Positions 31,358-41,389 are shown, counted from the whole stretch's first letter. The stretch: 63,996 nt of DNA, filler included, from an uncultured bacterium (GCA_964449065.1; 9 parts of 9 records of this genome joined end to end with filler, not necessarily neighbours in it); one strand, 5' to 3'. The notes: generated by a model not told the origin, from the sequence alone. Numbers and translations: made by a program.

Positions 31358-32995
31358 ATGAAAAACTCGATGAAAAAGTTGTTTTTTTTGATGACAATTG
31401 TTTTGCTGTCAATAGGGTCTTTGAGCGCCCAAGAAAAATGGGAAATGGAATGGGCGGATCGTTCAGATGTCAATCCTTTGAATTTAAATGAAGTTGGAGA
31501 ACGATCCTATATGCCTTATGTTCTCTACAACGAAGAGTGGCCTGAAGAATCTCGATTTCGGATGTGGTTCGATTATGCCAGCATCAATGGAATTGGGTAT
31601 GCGGAATCTGCCGATGGGATCACTTGGATCAATCAAGTTGCCGTTAATGGCTTGAATGAAAGAGGACCGCAATCGGCGGGGCGGGCTGTAGTATTGTATG
31701 AATCCTCATGGGAAAATCCATTTCGTCTATATTATTATGGAAATCCTGAAGGGGTCTTTGAAGTACGAGTAGCGGAAAGTATCGATGGAATCAATTTTGT
31801 AAATGATCAAACAGCGATTTCCAGTGAAGGATCAGAACTTGGATCGTTTCCGGATGGTCATGCCGTGCTACATTTGCCCGGCCAAGATGAACCCTTCCGT
31901 ATGTATTACCGTGCCGGTGATGGGATCATGGTCGCCACTTCCATCGATGGATACGATTTCATCGATTTTTCTATCGCTCCTCTTCCTTCTGCGATGCAAC
32001 CCACCTGTGTCATTTCGATCGGTCAAAACGACTATCGGATGTGGGCGTTTGAAAATAATACAGAAATTGAATATTTGGTGTCTTCTGATGGATTCAATTG
32101 GGAACCATGGGGACAAGTCGAGAATGTAGGAAAACTTGGAGAAGCGGGCTCGTGGAATGAAAATCGTAACTATTACGGATCAGTGGTTTATCTTGGTAAT
32201 GGGAATTTCATGATGTGGCGTGGTGGTAGGAATGACAACACTGGCTTGTATCGCACAGGCGTGGCCGAAGGTTTTGATGCTCATCTGACACAAATCGATA
32301 TTGGCAATTGGGATTTCACCAGTGAATTGGCAGACTATCAAACTGAGGGATGGGAAGGATTCGGATCCAACGAAAATGGTGTTTTGACGCAGAATTCGGA
32401 TGGAACAGTAACGATTGCGGATGACCGGGAAGACGCCAATTTTTACATGGTTCACGATACTTCATGGGTGGTTCCCTATACCGTTGAAGCTCGATTTCGG
32501 ATTGATCAAGAAGGTGGAAACGATGGCAATGGACCACATTGCACCATTGCATCTTTAATCAACGATGAATTCCATCCGAGGTCGGAAACTTGGCAGCCGA
32601 GTTTTGCTCAAGACCGTTTCGGAGGATGGAATTTGAATGGTGATGACCCAATCGCGGAAGCCGATTTGACTGAATTTAATACCTTCACAGTGGTTTGTCG
32701 GTTCAATGAAGCAGCGCGATACGAACTTTTGCTTGATCCCTCCAATGGTAATGCCAATACTTTGCAATCTGAATATGACGTTTATATCAATCGTGATTTC
32801 AGTGAACCCGCTATCACATTTCATGGGACTGGTTGGGCTGGGTGGTCCGAAGTGGACATTGATGGACGATTAGACATTGGCTGGCCCAATCCCAGTACGG
32901 GGATTATGACAGTAGACTGGGTTCGCTGGGGAAGCGGTGTAATACTTGACAACAATGATCTAGGCGCTTCAGTTGTGAATTGGTCTGTTTACTAG
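31358..32995 (+). CDS. Secreted beta-propeller (GH43/32-like) plus beta-sandwich protein ending ASVVNWSVY
   Basis: AAGGAG RBS, signal peptide, repeated (Y/V)AESxDGxx(W/F) blades. Confidence 0.75.
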   Translation: MKNSMKKLFFLMTIVLLSIGSLSAQEKWEMEWADRSDVNPLNLNEVGERSYMPYVLYNEEWPEESRFRMWFDYASINGIGYAESADGITWINQVAVNGLNERGPQSAGRAVVLYESSWENPFRLYYYGNPEGVFEVRVAESIDGINFVNDQTAISSEGSELGSFPDGHAVLHLPGQDEPFRMYYRAGDGIMVATSIDGYDFIDFSIAPLPSAMQPTCVISIGQNDYRMWAFENNTEIEYLVSSDGFNWEPWGQVENVGKLGEAGSWNENRNYYGSVVYLGNGNFMMWRGGRNDNTGLYRTGVAEGFDAHLTQIDIGNWDFTSELADYQTEGWEGFGSNENGVLTQNSDGTVTIADDREDANFYMVHDTSWVVPYTVEARFRIDQEGGNDGNGPHCTIASLINDEFHPRSETWQPSFAQDRFGGWNLNGDDPIAEADLTEFNTFTVVCRFNEAARYELLLDPSNGNANTLQSEYDVYINRDFSEPAITFHGTGWAGWSEVDIDGRLDIGWPNPSTGIMTVDWVRWGSGVILDNNDLGASVVNWSVY

Positions 32996-33158
32996 CCCTC
33001 TAGCGTGACTTGACTACGCCCTGGGTGAATTTTCCACTCTAAATCATGCTATGCGAGTAAGTTAGGATGGATTAGAGGTGTATACACTGAGGCCTTGGAA
33101 TTTTGGGCAGGCTGGCAAAGGCAAGTTTCATCTGCCTTTGCACGACTCATTCGTTGCG

Positions 33159-33411
33159 TCATGAATCCTGCACGGCTCTTTCAAGCACGTGCCGGATATA
33201 GCGCTGGTATGGTACGCCCTGCTTTGCTGCGCGGTTTTTTACGGTATGCACGGTTCGGATAAGCGCAACGTCATCGATTTGTTCTTGGCAGCGAATTCAA
33301 AAGACATCGGTTGGAAATCCGAAAAATCATATTCGGATAAATCCGCTTTGCTGACAAAACGTTCCGCTTCTTCGTCGCTTTCAAAGCGTTAAGTTTTTTG
33401 GCTTTGCTCAT
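33159..33411 (-). pseudogene. CopG/BrnA-type RHH antitoxin with two frameshifts
   Basis: Pieces MSKAKKL / RFESDEEAERFVSKADLSEYDF...MTLRLSEP / VKNRAAKQGVPYQRYIRHVLERAV. Confidence 0.8.
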
Positions 33412-33445
33412 AGCAACGTGTTGTCCAGTTTACATTAAATTAATT

Positions 33446-33814
33446 CTACCCCTTCACGGAATCTTTGTCTTGTTGTTGATTGCTTTGCTGCTGGATGTAC
33501 TCCCGCAGAACGCTGTTGATTTCTTCCTGGGCGTTGTTGGTGAATGATTGGAACCATTGTAGAATTTCGGCATCTACGTTTACGGAGGCACCCGGTTTGC
33601 GGTGTTGCACCATCATACTGTCAAAATCTTCCTCAGTCCATTCGGGGTTATCGGGGTCGGATCGCGCAATCGCGGTGATTTCTTCATCCGTCATGTTGTT
33701 GACACGCTCCCAGTTGGTTTTCCCTTCTAAAAGCGTATAGGTACCATCAGGATTCTTTTTCAGAACTTTTCCATCCGATGTCAGAACCGCTTGTGTGATT
33801 TCTGGTTCGCTCAT
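33446..33814 (-). CDS. brnA: BrnA-family antitoxin
   Basis: TNWERVNNMTDEEI..DPDNP, VDAEILQWF..INSVLREY. Confidence 0.85.
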   Translation of the reverse strand: MSEPEITQAVLTSDGKVLKKNPDGTYTLLEGKTNWERVNNMTDEEITAIARSDPDNPEWTEEDFDSMMVQHRKPGASVNVDAEILQWFQSFTNNAQEEINSVLREYIQQQSNQQQDKDSVKG

Positions 33815-34073
33815 AATGTCTTATCTCCCGTTTATTCGCGCGTCGTGCTGAAATAATACGGATTTTTTCTGACCGTGTTGTAAAGCAAACTTGATAAAGT
33901 TTACCACCTATATACCCGTAGATAACTTGGCGGCGTTCACCGTATTCTTTTCGCAAATCGTCTTCTATCAGGGCATCCTGTTTTTGGAACAGCGGAATCA
34001 TATCGATAAAGTCAATTTCACGTTCTATTAAGATTCGCTGCCGTTTGGCTTCGTCCCACTCGAATTCCATCAT
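33747..34073 (-). CDS. brnT: BrnT-family toxin
   Basis: MEFEWDEAKR, YGERR, IRIISARRANKRE. Confidence 0.92.
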   Translation of the reverse strand: MMEFEWDEAKRQRILIEREIDFIDMIPLFQKQDALIEDDLRKEYGERRQVIYGYIGGKLYQVCFTTRSEKIRIISARRANKREIRHYERTRNHTSGSDIGWKSSEKES

Positions 34074-34298
34074 ACCACAATCAACCAAATTTTGTATGAA
34101 ATACCGTACAATTAGCGGGCAGAAAAGGCAAGAGCATGATTGACCGTTGGTATAGAAACCACAAGGACGAATAGAACCATATTCCTTACCGCCTATCCTC
34201 ATTATTGAACATAAGTTATTTGACGGGTGGCAAATACAAGTATCATCCACCTTTGCTGGCTATTTCTCCATGCTGCTAATCACATTTACTTTATGGGC

Positions 34299-34400
34299 TT
34301 CTACGCTTTCACGGAATCGTTGTCTTGTTGTTGATTGCTTTGCTGCTGGATGTACTCCCGCAGAACGCTGTTGATTTCTTCCTGGGCGTTGTTGGTGAAT
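34299..34400 (-). repeat. 102-bp duplicate of the brnA 3' end (33444-33545)
   Basis: Direct alignment, 3 mismatches. Confidence 0.92.
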
Positions 34401-34482
34401 AAAGCCGTAAGCTGGGCGTGTAAGAGTTGTACTTGAAAGAAATGTTTTTATCCGTGGCGGCGGGGCTGGGCTTCTGTGTGTA

Positions 34483-34893
34483 TCAGAGTGAGATGAAATC
34501 AGCCGGAGTGATGATGTTTATGCTTTGGTAAGGATTAAGCGTAAGCAGGTTTTTATCTCCAGTGATGATGTAGGAAGCGTTGCCGCTCAATGCCAGTTCA
34601 AGGAATTTATTATCGTCTGGGTCTTTACATGCATGAACAGTTTTGTTGACCGGTACGGTTTCAACGACACATCCGAATCGCAGATAGTATTCGTTTCGTT
34701 CTTCCTTTGTGATGTAGCGGTCAAACTTGGGACGGGACAGTACATCCGCCAATTCGCTAATTGTGGCTTTAGATGCCAGCAATTTCCCTTAGTGCAGACC
34801 TTTTTTTAGCGCTGTGCCTGGAACGCTATGGGGAAACAGCAAATGGCTGATCAGAATATTGGTGTCAAATACCAGCCGGGTTCCGGGATTCAT
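34483..34893 (-). pseudogene. PIN-family toxin with in-frame TAA at 34789-34791
   Basis: LVFDTNILIS...GLH*GKLLAS...CKDPDDNKFLELA..IITGDKNLL. Confidence 0.88.
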
Positions 34894-35135
34894 TTTTCAA
34901 GCAGTTCGTCCAGTTTTTCTTCGGTAAGCCCCTTGGCTTGGGCGTTGTGACTGACGCGCTCACAGAACGTCTCAAACGCGGCGATATTTTCGCCGCGCAA
35001 CCGCTCATACTCTAGCGGGGACAGCATGACGGCGAGATCACGGTCTGCGTCCCGGATCATGACCGGTTCGTTTTGTGCTGTATCCAGCAGAGCGGGCAAT
35101 TTTTCTTTGGCATCGGCAGCGGAAACATATTGCAT
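34890..35135 (-). CDS. Phd/YefM antitoxin
   Basis: VSAADAKEKLPALLDTAQNEPVMI. Confidence 0.9.
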   Translation of the reverse strand: MQYVSAADAKEKLPALLDTAQNEPVMIRDADRDLAVMLSPLEYERLRGENIAAFETFCERVSHNAQAKGLTEEKLDELLEK

Positions 35136-35282
35136 GGCGTTGTTCTCCTCGACTCCATTGTAGACAGAATTGACATGAAGGCAATACAGTACCGCGTAAA
35201 CCCAGCCTGCGCCGGGCTGGCTGGGAAAAGAGGAACGTGTTCTTATTCGATAATGAAGTTTATTATGCGACCGGTTGAACCG

Positions 35283-35555
35283 TCAATCGAAACCCCAATG
35301 CCTTTGCAATTTTTCTACCGTTGCAAAGCTTGAATTTCCTTCTTTTAAAAGCGCTTTGTAGATACCCTCAAGGGTCAAACCGGCATCTCTTGCTGACTGA
35401 CTCATATTTTTTGCCCGGGCAACGATACCCAGGGCGTGGATCATGAAAGCCGGATTGTCTTCGGCTTCTTCCAGACACGCTTCCAAATACAACCGGATAT
35501 CTTCATCCGTTTTCAAGTGTTCCGCGGAATCCCAGCGTGTGGTTTGAATTGTCAT
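35283..35555 (-). pseudogene. Addiction-module antidote (HI1420-like), late frameshift, no killer gene
   Basis: WDSAEHLKT..ALGIVARAKNMSQ; adding 1 nt near 35330 restores KIAKALGFRLTV. Confidence 0.75.
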
Positions 35556-35703
35556 CAAACTCTCCTAAGCGGTCTTCCATTCCTGAACGCAAATGGTGTA
35601 ATTCAATAGGGGATTGCGTATGCGTACCTGTTTTTTCTGTTATACTATTTTCGTAATGTTTATAAAACACAGAATAAGCGGATGATTCATTGAGGGTCAC
35701 AGT

Positions 35704-35967
35704 ATGAAAACAAGTATTCTCCGTAAAAAGGTTGTAGAAGAAATCAACCAAATCCCGAATGAAAAATTAGCGGAAATATTGGATTTAATCCATCATTTCA
35801 GGCTGGGCTTGCAGAGTACCGATAAGAACAAAACAACCCTGATGGACTTTTCCGGCTGTTGGAATGATATGCCGGAAGAGGTCTACCAAGATTTTATGCA
35901 TGACATAACGGAACGCCGGCATACAGCCTTTTCTGGGAGAGAAAACCGTGAAGCCGGCATTGGTTGA
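35704..35967 (+). CDS. Antitoxin partner of VapC (DUF2281-like)
   Basis: EINQIPNEKLAEILDLIHHF..FSGCWND; overlaps PIN gene. Confidence 0.75.
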   Translation: MKTSILRKKVVEEINQIPNEKLAEILDLIHHFRLGLQSTDKNKTTLMDFSGCWNDMPEEVYQDFMHDITERRHTAFSGRENREAGIG

Positions 35968-36358
35968 TACGGATATCCTGTCTATGTATTTCCGGGGGCA
36001 CAAAACGGTAACAGAACAGTTTGACAATTACAGACTGCGTTTCGGAAAAATCAATATATCCATCATTACATACTATGAAATCTTGAGTGGTTTAAAACAC
36101 CGCGATGCCAAAAAGCAGCTTCAGTTTTTTCTATCATTTGCAAATCAAAACACCGTTCTGCATCTCACAGAGCATTCGGCGGCAACGTCCAGCGAAATCT
36201 ATGCGGAGCTTCGTAAACAAGGCCATCCGATTGACGATATTGATTTACTCATCGCCGGAATCGCGCTTTCTTACGATTTATCACTTGCCACAAACAATGA
36301 AAACCACTTCAAAAAAATCCAACAATTGAACATTGAAAATTGGAGCAAAGAGAAATGA
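35948..36358 (+). CDS. vapC: VapC PIN-domain toxin (intact)
   Basis: LVDTDILS, DIDLLIAGIAL, TNNENHF. Confidence 0.92.
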   Translation: MKPALVDTDILSMYFRGHKTVTEQFDNYRLRFGKINISIITYYEILSGLKHRDAKKQLQFFLSFANQNTVLHLTEHSAATSSEIYAELRKQGHPIDDIDLLIAGIALSYDLSLATNNENHFKKIQQLNIENWSKEK

Positions 36359-36391
36359 ATTGGGGGTGAAAGGACAGGAAAAGGCATAATA

Positions 36392-36605
36392 TGCGTCATG
36401 AATCCTGCACGGCTTTTTCAAGCACGTGCCGGATATAGCGCTGGTATGGTACGCCCTGCTTTGCTGCTGGATGTACTCCCGCAGAACGCTGTTGATTTCT
36501 TCCTGGGCATTATTGGTGAATGAATATCCCTTCGTCTTCTTGGCGGCATTTATCTTTCCATTCTCTTACTTCCAATAATGAGCGGTCTTCTTTGAAGTCT
36601 TTCAT
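36392..36605 (-). pseudogene. Three-part chimera: N-terminus of a small ORF + brnA 3' copy + copG 3' copy
   Basis: 36457-36523 matches 33481-33547; 36392-36467 matches 33155-33230; joined at shared TGCTTTGCTGC. Confidence 0.85.
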
Positions 36606-36708
36606 TTGACACCTCCATTGGAGTGAATTACTTTATCCGTTTTACTATAGGAGATGCAGTTCATCCAATTGATGCGATGCAGGGCTTTTTTAATTTTTTA
36701 TGGAATCT

Positions 36709-36921
36709 CTAACCGGATGTGGGGACGGTTTCGATATCTACCTTCTGAAAATCCAAATTGGGAACACGCTTGGAAAGATGAAGCATTTCAATGCCAACCG
36801 CTTGCCCCGCTTGGTTGTAATCAATCAATATACCGGGAGAGACCTCTTCGGATTCAAATGCCGATTCATCGCTCAAACTGACATAAAGCGCATCCGCTTC
36901 TTTATCGATTTTCAGTTTCAT
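36709..36921 (-). CDS. DUF2283 protein (putative antitoxin)
   Basis: DKEADALYVSL..SEEVSPGILIDY..VGIEML. Confidence 0.9.
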   Translation of the reverse strand: MKLKIDKEADALYVSLSDESAFESEEVSPGILIDYNQAGQAVGIEMLHLSKRVPNLDFQKVDIETVPTSG

Positions 36922-37165
36922 CTCTCGTCCTCATTCTATCGAAATAAGCCGTGATGATTCGTTGGGGTGAGACCTTTGTGTTAACAATTACGCGAAGTAT
37001 CCTTCCGTCAAATTCCGGGATACGCGATAAACGGTGTTCTAAATCATCATCTATTTTATCCTGCTCAAGCCATTCTGGAATCGAAAATACTTGATCCACC
37101 CAAACAAACTCTATCTTCCGCTTTTCAATCGCATTGCGTGCATGTTGGGTTAAAGTATAGTCCAT
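36902..37165 (-). CDS. DUF4258 protein (RelE-like putative toxin)
   Basis: LTQHARNAIEKRKI..GRILRVIVN..IITAYFDR. Confidence 0.88.
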   Translation of the reverse strand: MDYTLTQHARNAIEKRKIEFVWVDQVFSIPEWLEQDKIDDDLEHRLSRIPEFDGRILRVIVNTKVSPQRIITAYFDRMRTRDETENR

Positions 37166-37262
37166 AATTCATCTTACAATGAGCAGATTATCAAGGCAAT
37201 AGTTTATTTTGAAACAGCAGGTATAGGCAATAATTCCTTTCCATTTTAATATGGTTTTGATA

Positions 37263-37385
37263 TACGCCAAAATGGCGCAGTTAATCCTTCACTAAAATGT
37301 GGTGAATACCCGCCTCTGAATTGATTATAACCATCTGTAAATATTAAATATATGACGATGAATTGTTTATTGGCACGGATACTGC
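37263..37385 (+). promoter_or_regulatory. Putative sigma54 promoter with upstream activator site
   Basis: TGGCACGGATACTGC at 37371-37385 (GG-N10-GC); palindrome TACGCCA-AAA-TGGCGCA at 37263-37279. Confidence 0.65.
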
Positions 37386-37454
37386 TTTGCGAATATGTAA
37401 AAGATAATGTGTCGAAATAAACCGAGTATAAAATTTCTGTAAACGAGGTACGTT

Positions 37455-37651
37455 ATGGATATAAATAAACTAACACTCAAATCGCAAGAAGTTCTCTCAG
37501 AAGCGCAGAACCACGCCGTACGGCGCAATCATATGGATGTTGATCTTGAACACCTTTTGCTGGCGATGCTCGAGCAGCAAGAAGGACTGATTTCACGCCT
37601 GCTGGCGAAGATGGATGTCGATACCATCATGCTGCAATCGCGCGTGGAAGA
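37455..37651 (+). CDS. clpB: ClpB chaperone N-terminus, truncated
   Basis: MDINKLTLKSQEVLSEAQ..EHLLLAMLEQQEG (Clp N domain, ClpB-like). Confidence 0.8.
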
Positions 37652-37829
37652 NNNNNNNNNNNNNNNNNNNNNNNNNNNNNNNNNNNNNNNNNNNNTTAAT
37701 TAATTAANNNNNNNNNNNNNNNNNNNNNNNNNNNNNNNNNNNNNNNNNNNNGATCGTTTCCCCTAATTGTTAACCGCGAATACACGCGAATGAACGCGAA
37801 TAAAAAAATATAGACTGAAATTTCTTCCA

Positions 37830-38093
37830 TTACTTCGCGATATTCGGAAACCGTTCGGGATATTCGATGGATTCCCGTTCCAGATCGACATCCAAATCAG
37901 GCCAATAAAAATGTCCCGGTGTTGGTTCATTTACCTTAAGTATTTCTTTGACTTTCGCGTCTTGAAACCAGGGAAAATCTTCGTAAGACATAAACAGTTC
38001 CCGGTCTCCTGTTAACAGCCAGATGCCGTGTTTGGATATATTCGTGATTTCAACTTGCGAAGTGTTTGTGCCAAGCGTTTTTGATTTTGTCAT
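37830..38093 (-). CDS. DUF2442 protein (putative antitoxin); usual DUF4160 partner absent
   Basis: EITNISKHGIWLL..FPWF..YWPDLDVDL..PERFP. Confidence 0.88.
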   Translation of the reverse strand: MTKSKTLGTNTSQVEITNISKHGIWLLTGDRELFMSYEDFPWFQDAKVKEILKVNEPTPGHFYWPDLDVDLERESIEYPERFPNIAK

Positions 38094-38168
38094 AATGATT
38101 TTGAATAGATATTTTCCTTTCGCTGGGCTTACGCCGCGCTTATCAGTCATCATATATTTGAAGTGGTA
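38069..38168 (-). mobile_element. Third, diverged copy of the 100-bp MITE
   Basis: TAA|TACCACTTCAAAT..GACTGATAAGCGCGGCGTAAGCCCAGCGAAAGGAA; right end degenerate or merged with the DUF2442 start. Confidence 0.7.
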
Positions 38169-38196
38169 TTATTTATCCTTGCATAAGAACACCGAA

Positions 38197-38433
38197 CTAT
38201 AGCCGGTCATATTCTTCCGGTTCCACATCAGGAACCTCAGCCATAATCTGTTCAAAGGCTTCCCGGCTTCCTCTTTCAGCGCGTTTTTTTAGATAATCAA
38301 CCGTTAATAGCGCAGACATTTTTTCTGACACGGCCAACGTGATGAATTGATTAATGGAAACACCTTCTTTTTCGGAAAGTTCTTTCAATGTATTGTGCAA
38401 AGATTCCGGCAATTGAACGTTCACTGTACTCAT
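38197..38433 (-). CDS. RHH/HicB-like antitoxin
   Basis: VQLPESLH..EGVSINQFITLAVSEKMSAL. Confidence 0.88.
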   Translation of the reverse strand: MSTVNVQLPESLHNTLKELSEKEGVSINQFITLAVSEKMSALLTVDYLKKRAERGSREAFEQIMAEVPDVEPEEYDRL

Positions 38434-38858
38434 GGCAGTTCCTCTATTATTTTCAAAAATTCTTTGGCCGTAACCAATTCGATTCCAAACCGCTCTACTC
38501 CCTGAAAATCTTGCTTGTTGTATGTGACAATATATTGGCATTGAGAACCGACGGCCACTTCTAAAATCATATCATCCGCGGGATCGTTTAGAATAGGACG
38601 CCATAAAAAATATACTTCATGCCAAAACCCTGCCTTACAAATATAATCCAAAAATTGATTGATCTTGGTTTCAGAAAAGATTAACGTTTCTTGATTGCGC
38701 TTCAAAACGTCTTCATATTCAAAAACAAGCGGCACTGTGAGATGAATGTCAAATTTGCCCGAACCCAACAAAGATAGCAAGCGGTATGACGCGCCCCGTT
38801 TTGAACGAAGTGAGGCATAAATTACATTGGTATCGAGAACAATTTGAAATCGGTTCAT
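38430..38858 (-). CDS. PIN-family putative toxin (intact)
   Basis: IVLDTNVI, FLWRPILNDPADDMILEVA, IVTYNKQDF. Confidence 0.9.
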   Translation of the reverse strand: MNRFQIVLDTNVIYASLRSKRGASYRLLSLLGSGKFDIHLTVPLVFEYEDVLKRNQETLIFSETKINQFLDYICKAGFWHEVYFLWRPILNDPADDMILEVAVGSQCQYIVTYNKQDFQGVERFGIELVTAKEFLKIIEELP

Positions 38859-38898
38859 TTCATAATGTAAAAATCTGCCTGCTTTAATTTTTTTTGCG

Positions 38899-39903
38899 TT
38901 ACTTCATTGCGTGATCTTCCGGTTTTAATCCTGTTTTATGGCCGCCAAAACCAATCGGTGCCGGGTCATATTCGCCGACGATGGATACCTTCAGGTCATC
39001 TGTGATATGGGCGGACATGCCCAGGCTCCAATAGACTGAATTCACCATCATGCGGCGGAAGTCTTCGTCTTTAAAATCACCGCCGTGGCCCATTGTGGTG
39101 GTGAACACGTTTGAGACAGCGCCGTTCTTTCCGGTAAAGGTTTTGGTCCACGCCACCGGCAGCGCGGGTTTTTCGTAGTTCACTTCATCATTAGGGTTCA
39201 TTCCCTTCAACACCTGACCCAGCAATAACGGCTTTGCGTCTCCATGCAGGGTGGTGAGGCCATACACATCGGACGGCCCCCAGACTTCATCCACACCGCG
39301 CAGAATGGGATGGTTCTCTCTCCACTTCACCGGAACGCCGCGGGTGCTTTCGACCTGATGTTTGCCATAATGGTTGACCCAGGTTTCGCCCAATACTTGG
39401 CGTCCGAACCCGCCTTCCCACGGGCTGCCTCTCCAGGTGTAGTGGGCGTAGGGGCTGTCCGGGTTGTTTTTGTAGTGAAAGGCGTGGGTTGCAGTGCGCA
39501 GCCCGATGATAGGCTTGCCCGAATGGACATACTCATCGATGTACTTCATTTGCGCGTCCGGCAGTTCACGAAAGCGCAGGAAGATGATCATTAAATCGGC
39601 GGTATCGAGCGCTTCCAAGCCGGGGATGTTATTTACCTGTTCGGGATCAATTGTGCCGTCTTCTTTGTTGATTGCAAACAATACGGTGCAGTTAAAGCCG
39701 TGATGCTTGGCGAGGATTTTGCCCAACTGGGGCATGGATTCTTCCGAGCGGTATTCTTCATCTCCGGAGAGCAGGACGATTTCCTTGCCGCTGCCGGGGC
39801 CGTCTCCGCCTTTATAATCAACCCATTGTTCCGCTGCCTGTGTTGTGGACACCATGAATACAAAACTGCTGACAAATGCAAAAATGAAAAACCATCCGCG
39901 CAT
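38899..39903 (-). CDS. Secreted ThuA-like (class I glutamine amidotransferase-like) protein
   Basis: Signal peptide; SGDEEYRSEE, GLRTATHAF, HPILRGV, FTTTMGH. Confidence 0.8.
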   Translation of the reverse strand: MRGWFFIFAFVSSFVFMVSTTQAAEQWVDYKGGDGPGSGKEIVLLSGDEEYRSEESMPQLGKILAKHHGFNCTVLFAINKEDGTIDPEQVNNIPGLEALDTADLMIIFLRFRELPDAQMKYIDEYVHSGKPIIGLRTATHAFHYKNNPDSPYAHYTWRGSPWEGGFGRQVLGETWVNHYGKHQVESTRGVPVKWRENHPILRGVDEVWGPSDVYGLTTLHGDAKPLLLGQVLKGMNPNDEVNYEKPALPVAWTKTFTGKNGAVSNVFTTTMGHGGDFKDEDFRRMMVNSVYWSLGMSAHITDDLKVSIVGEYDPAPIGFGGHKTGLKPEDHAMK

Positions 39904-40076
39904 CGGGTTCTCCTTTTAGAAAGAAATATTTATCCATAACTATAGCATGAGCCGGTAGTGAGATGAAAGCGAAACGGACAATTTGGGGCATGTTTCTCTT
40001 TCAGATTTGAAAAGAGAAAGCGGAGAATAAAATGGTATTGGCTTAAGAGATACTATTAATTGTTTGACTCTTATAG

Positions 40077-40620
40077 GGTAACAGGTCAGCGGTAAGAAGC
40101 CTAAATCCCGGGGTTAAAACCCTGGGCTATTATAACTGTCCCTTTAGGGTCAGGTTCAAATAGCCCAGCCTTTCAAGGCTGGGTGGGGAAAGCATATCTT
40201 AACTTTATGGCATTGCCCCTAACCTCACCCAAGCTAGGGAGGGGAAATCTCTCTTCAAACGGCTTACCTCTTCCCTTATAAAAACATGTCAGCAATTCTA
40301 TTTTTACATTTCTATTTTTCGTGCCGGAAGTTCACTCCTCTGCGTTTGTCTGAGGTTTACCCACAACTATTAACAGGGTGTTGCCTTGGGTTATGTTAGG
40401 GTGCCCATTTGGGGCTTTTTGATTATTTAAAGCGATGTTGCCAAAAATGCGTTCGGATTGGAATGAAGCGTACTTCCGGCTCGGCGGGAGCCTCGCCCTC
40501 CCAAAAAAAAAGGCCTTCTAAAACATATTGTTTGGACAACTTCTTTCTCGTAATATTTAAATTGCGTTGTACGGATTAACGCACCGGCTGGAAGCCAGTG
40601 CTACCCACAACGAACATATC
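40077..40620. repeat. Cluster of REP-like palindromes
   Basis: e.g. CCCAGCCTTTCAAGGCTGGG; GGTAACAGGTCAGCGGT (inverted copy near 55246-55263); REP at 40473. Confidence 0.6.
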
Positions 40621-40655
40621 GTTAGTAAATGCTTTACTGAATTTTTGGGTAAACC

Positions 40656-41193
40656 TTAGGCGTTTGTAGAGTCATTCTCATGCATTTGGAGCCGTTGTAA
40701 GTATGCAAACGCATTCCCATCAGTAGGCTTCAGTACATCCATACCTTCCGAGGAAGCGGCTTCACATTGCCTGATATCGTCAGACACAAAATACAGGTCT
40801 TTACCGTAAATGTGGTAGATGCTCACCGCGGCTGCAAGGTGAATGGCATCACCCGCGCGGAGAGGATATTTCTTCATGGGTATTAGGGATTGGATGTAAA
40901 GACTGCTGCCCGTTGTGATTAAGTTCATTGCTATCGTGTTTTCCCAGAGAAACGATTCTATGAAGGACGATGCTTCCTTTTCACTCAGTTTGCCTTCTCT
41001 CATTTTCCTGTATATTGACGACCAACACCTCTGATATGGAAAGTTCTGAAGTAAAAAGTCTCCCACCCCTTTTTACTTCGAATTCATACATTGCGTTAAG
41101 AAAACCGGTACCGTTTTCGTCAACATACCTTTTTGCTATTGCAGAAGAGTCTAGGTAGAAAACTGGACTGGGCAGAATATCACCATCCTTCAT
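40656..41193 (-). pseudogene. VapC PIN toxin, frameshift near 41025
   Basis: FYLDSSAIAKRYVDENG..SELSISEV in one frame; SSIYRKMREG..LRAGDAIHLAAA..FVSDD in another. Confidence 0.85.
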
Positions 41194-41389
41194 TACGCAT
41201 CTTGATTATTTCTTCAGAAAGGCTCTCTCCGGGCATTTTTTTTCTTGACAATTCCTGCGTTTCATACGGAGTCATTTTCGTGTAGGGTCCGAGCTCAGAC
41301 ATGATAGATTCTATCTGTTCTGGCGTGAGTCTTGCAATCTTTACCCCGGTTTTTTCATAATCGGTTATGGTTTTCTCGTGTGTAATCAT
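41180..41389 (-). CDS. Putative VapB-type antitoxin
   Basis: C-terminal SLSEEIIKMRNE; overlaps the vapC start. Confidence 0.6.
   Translation of the reverse strand: MITHEKTITDYEKTGVKIARLTPEQIESIMSELGPYTKMTPYETQELSRKKMPGESLSEEIIKMRNEGW

Noticed and set aside
33155..37165. Integron cassette array
   Set aside because: No attC-like RYYYAAC...GTTRRRY palindromes or intI recognised; the repeats are antitoxin coding fragments
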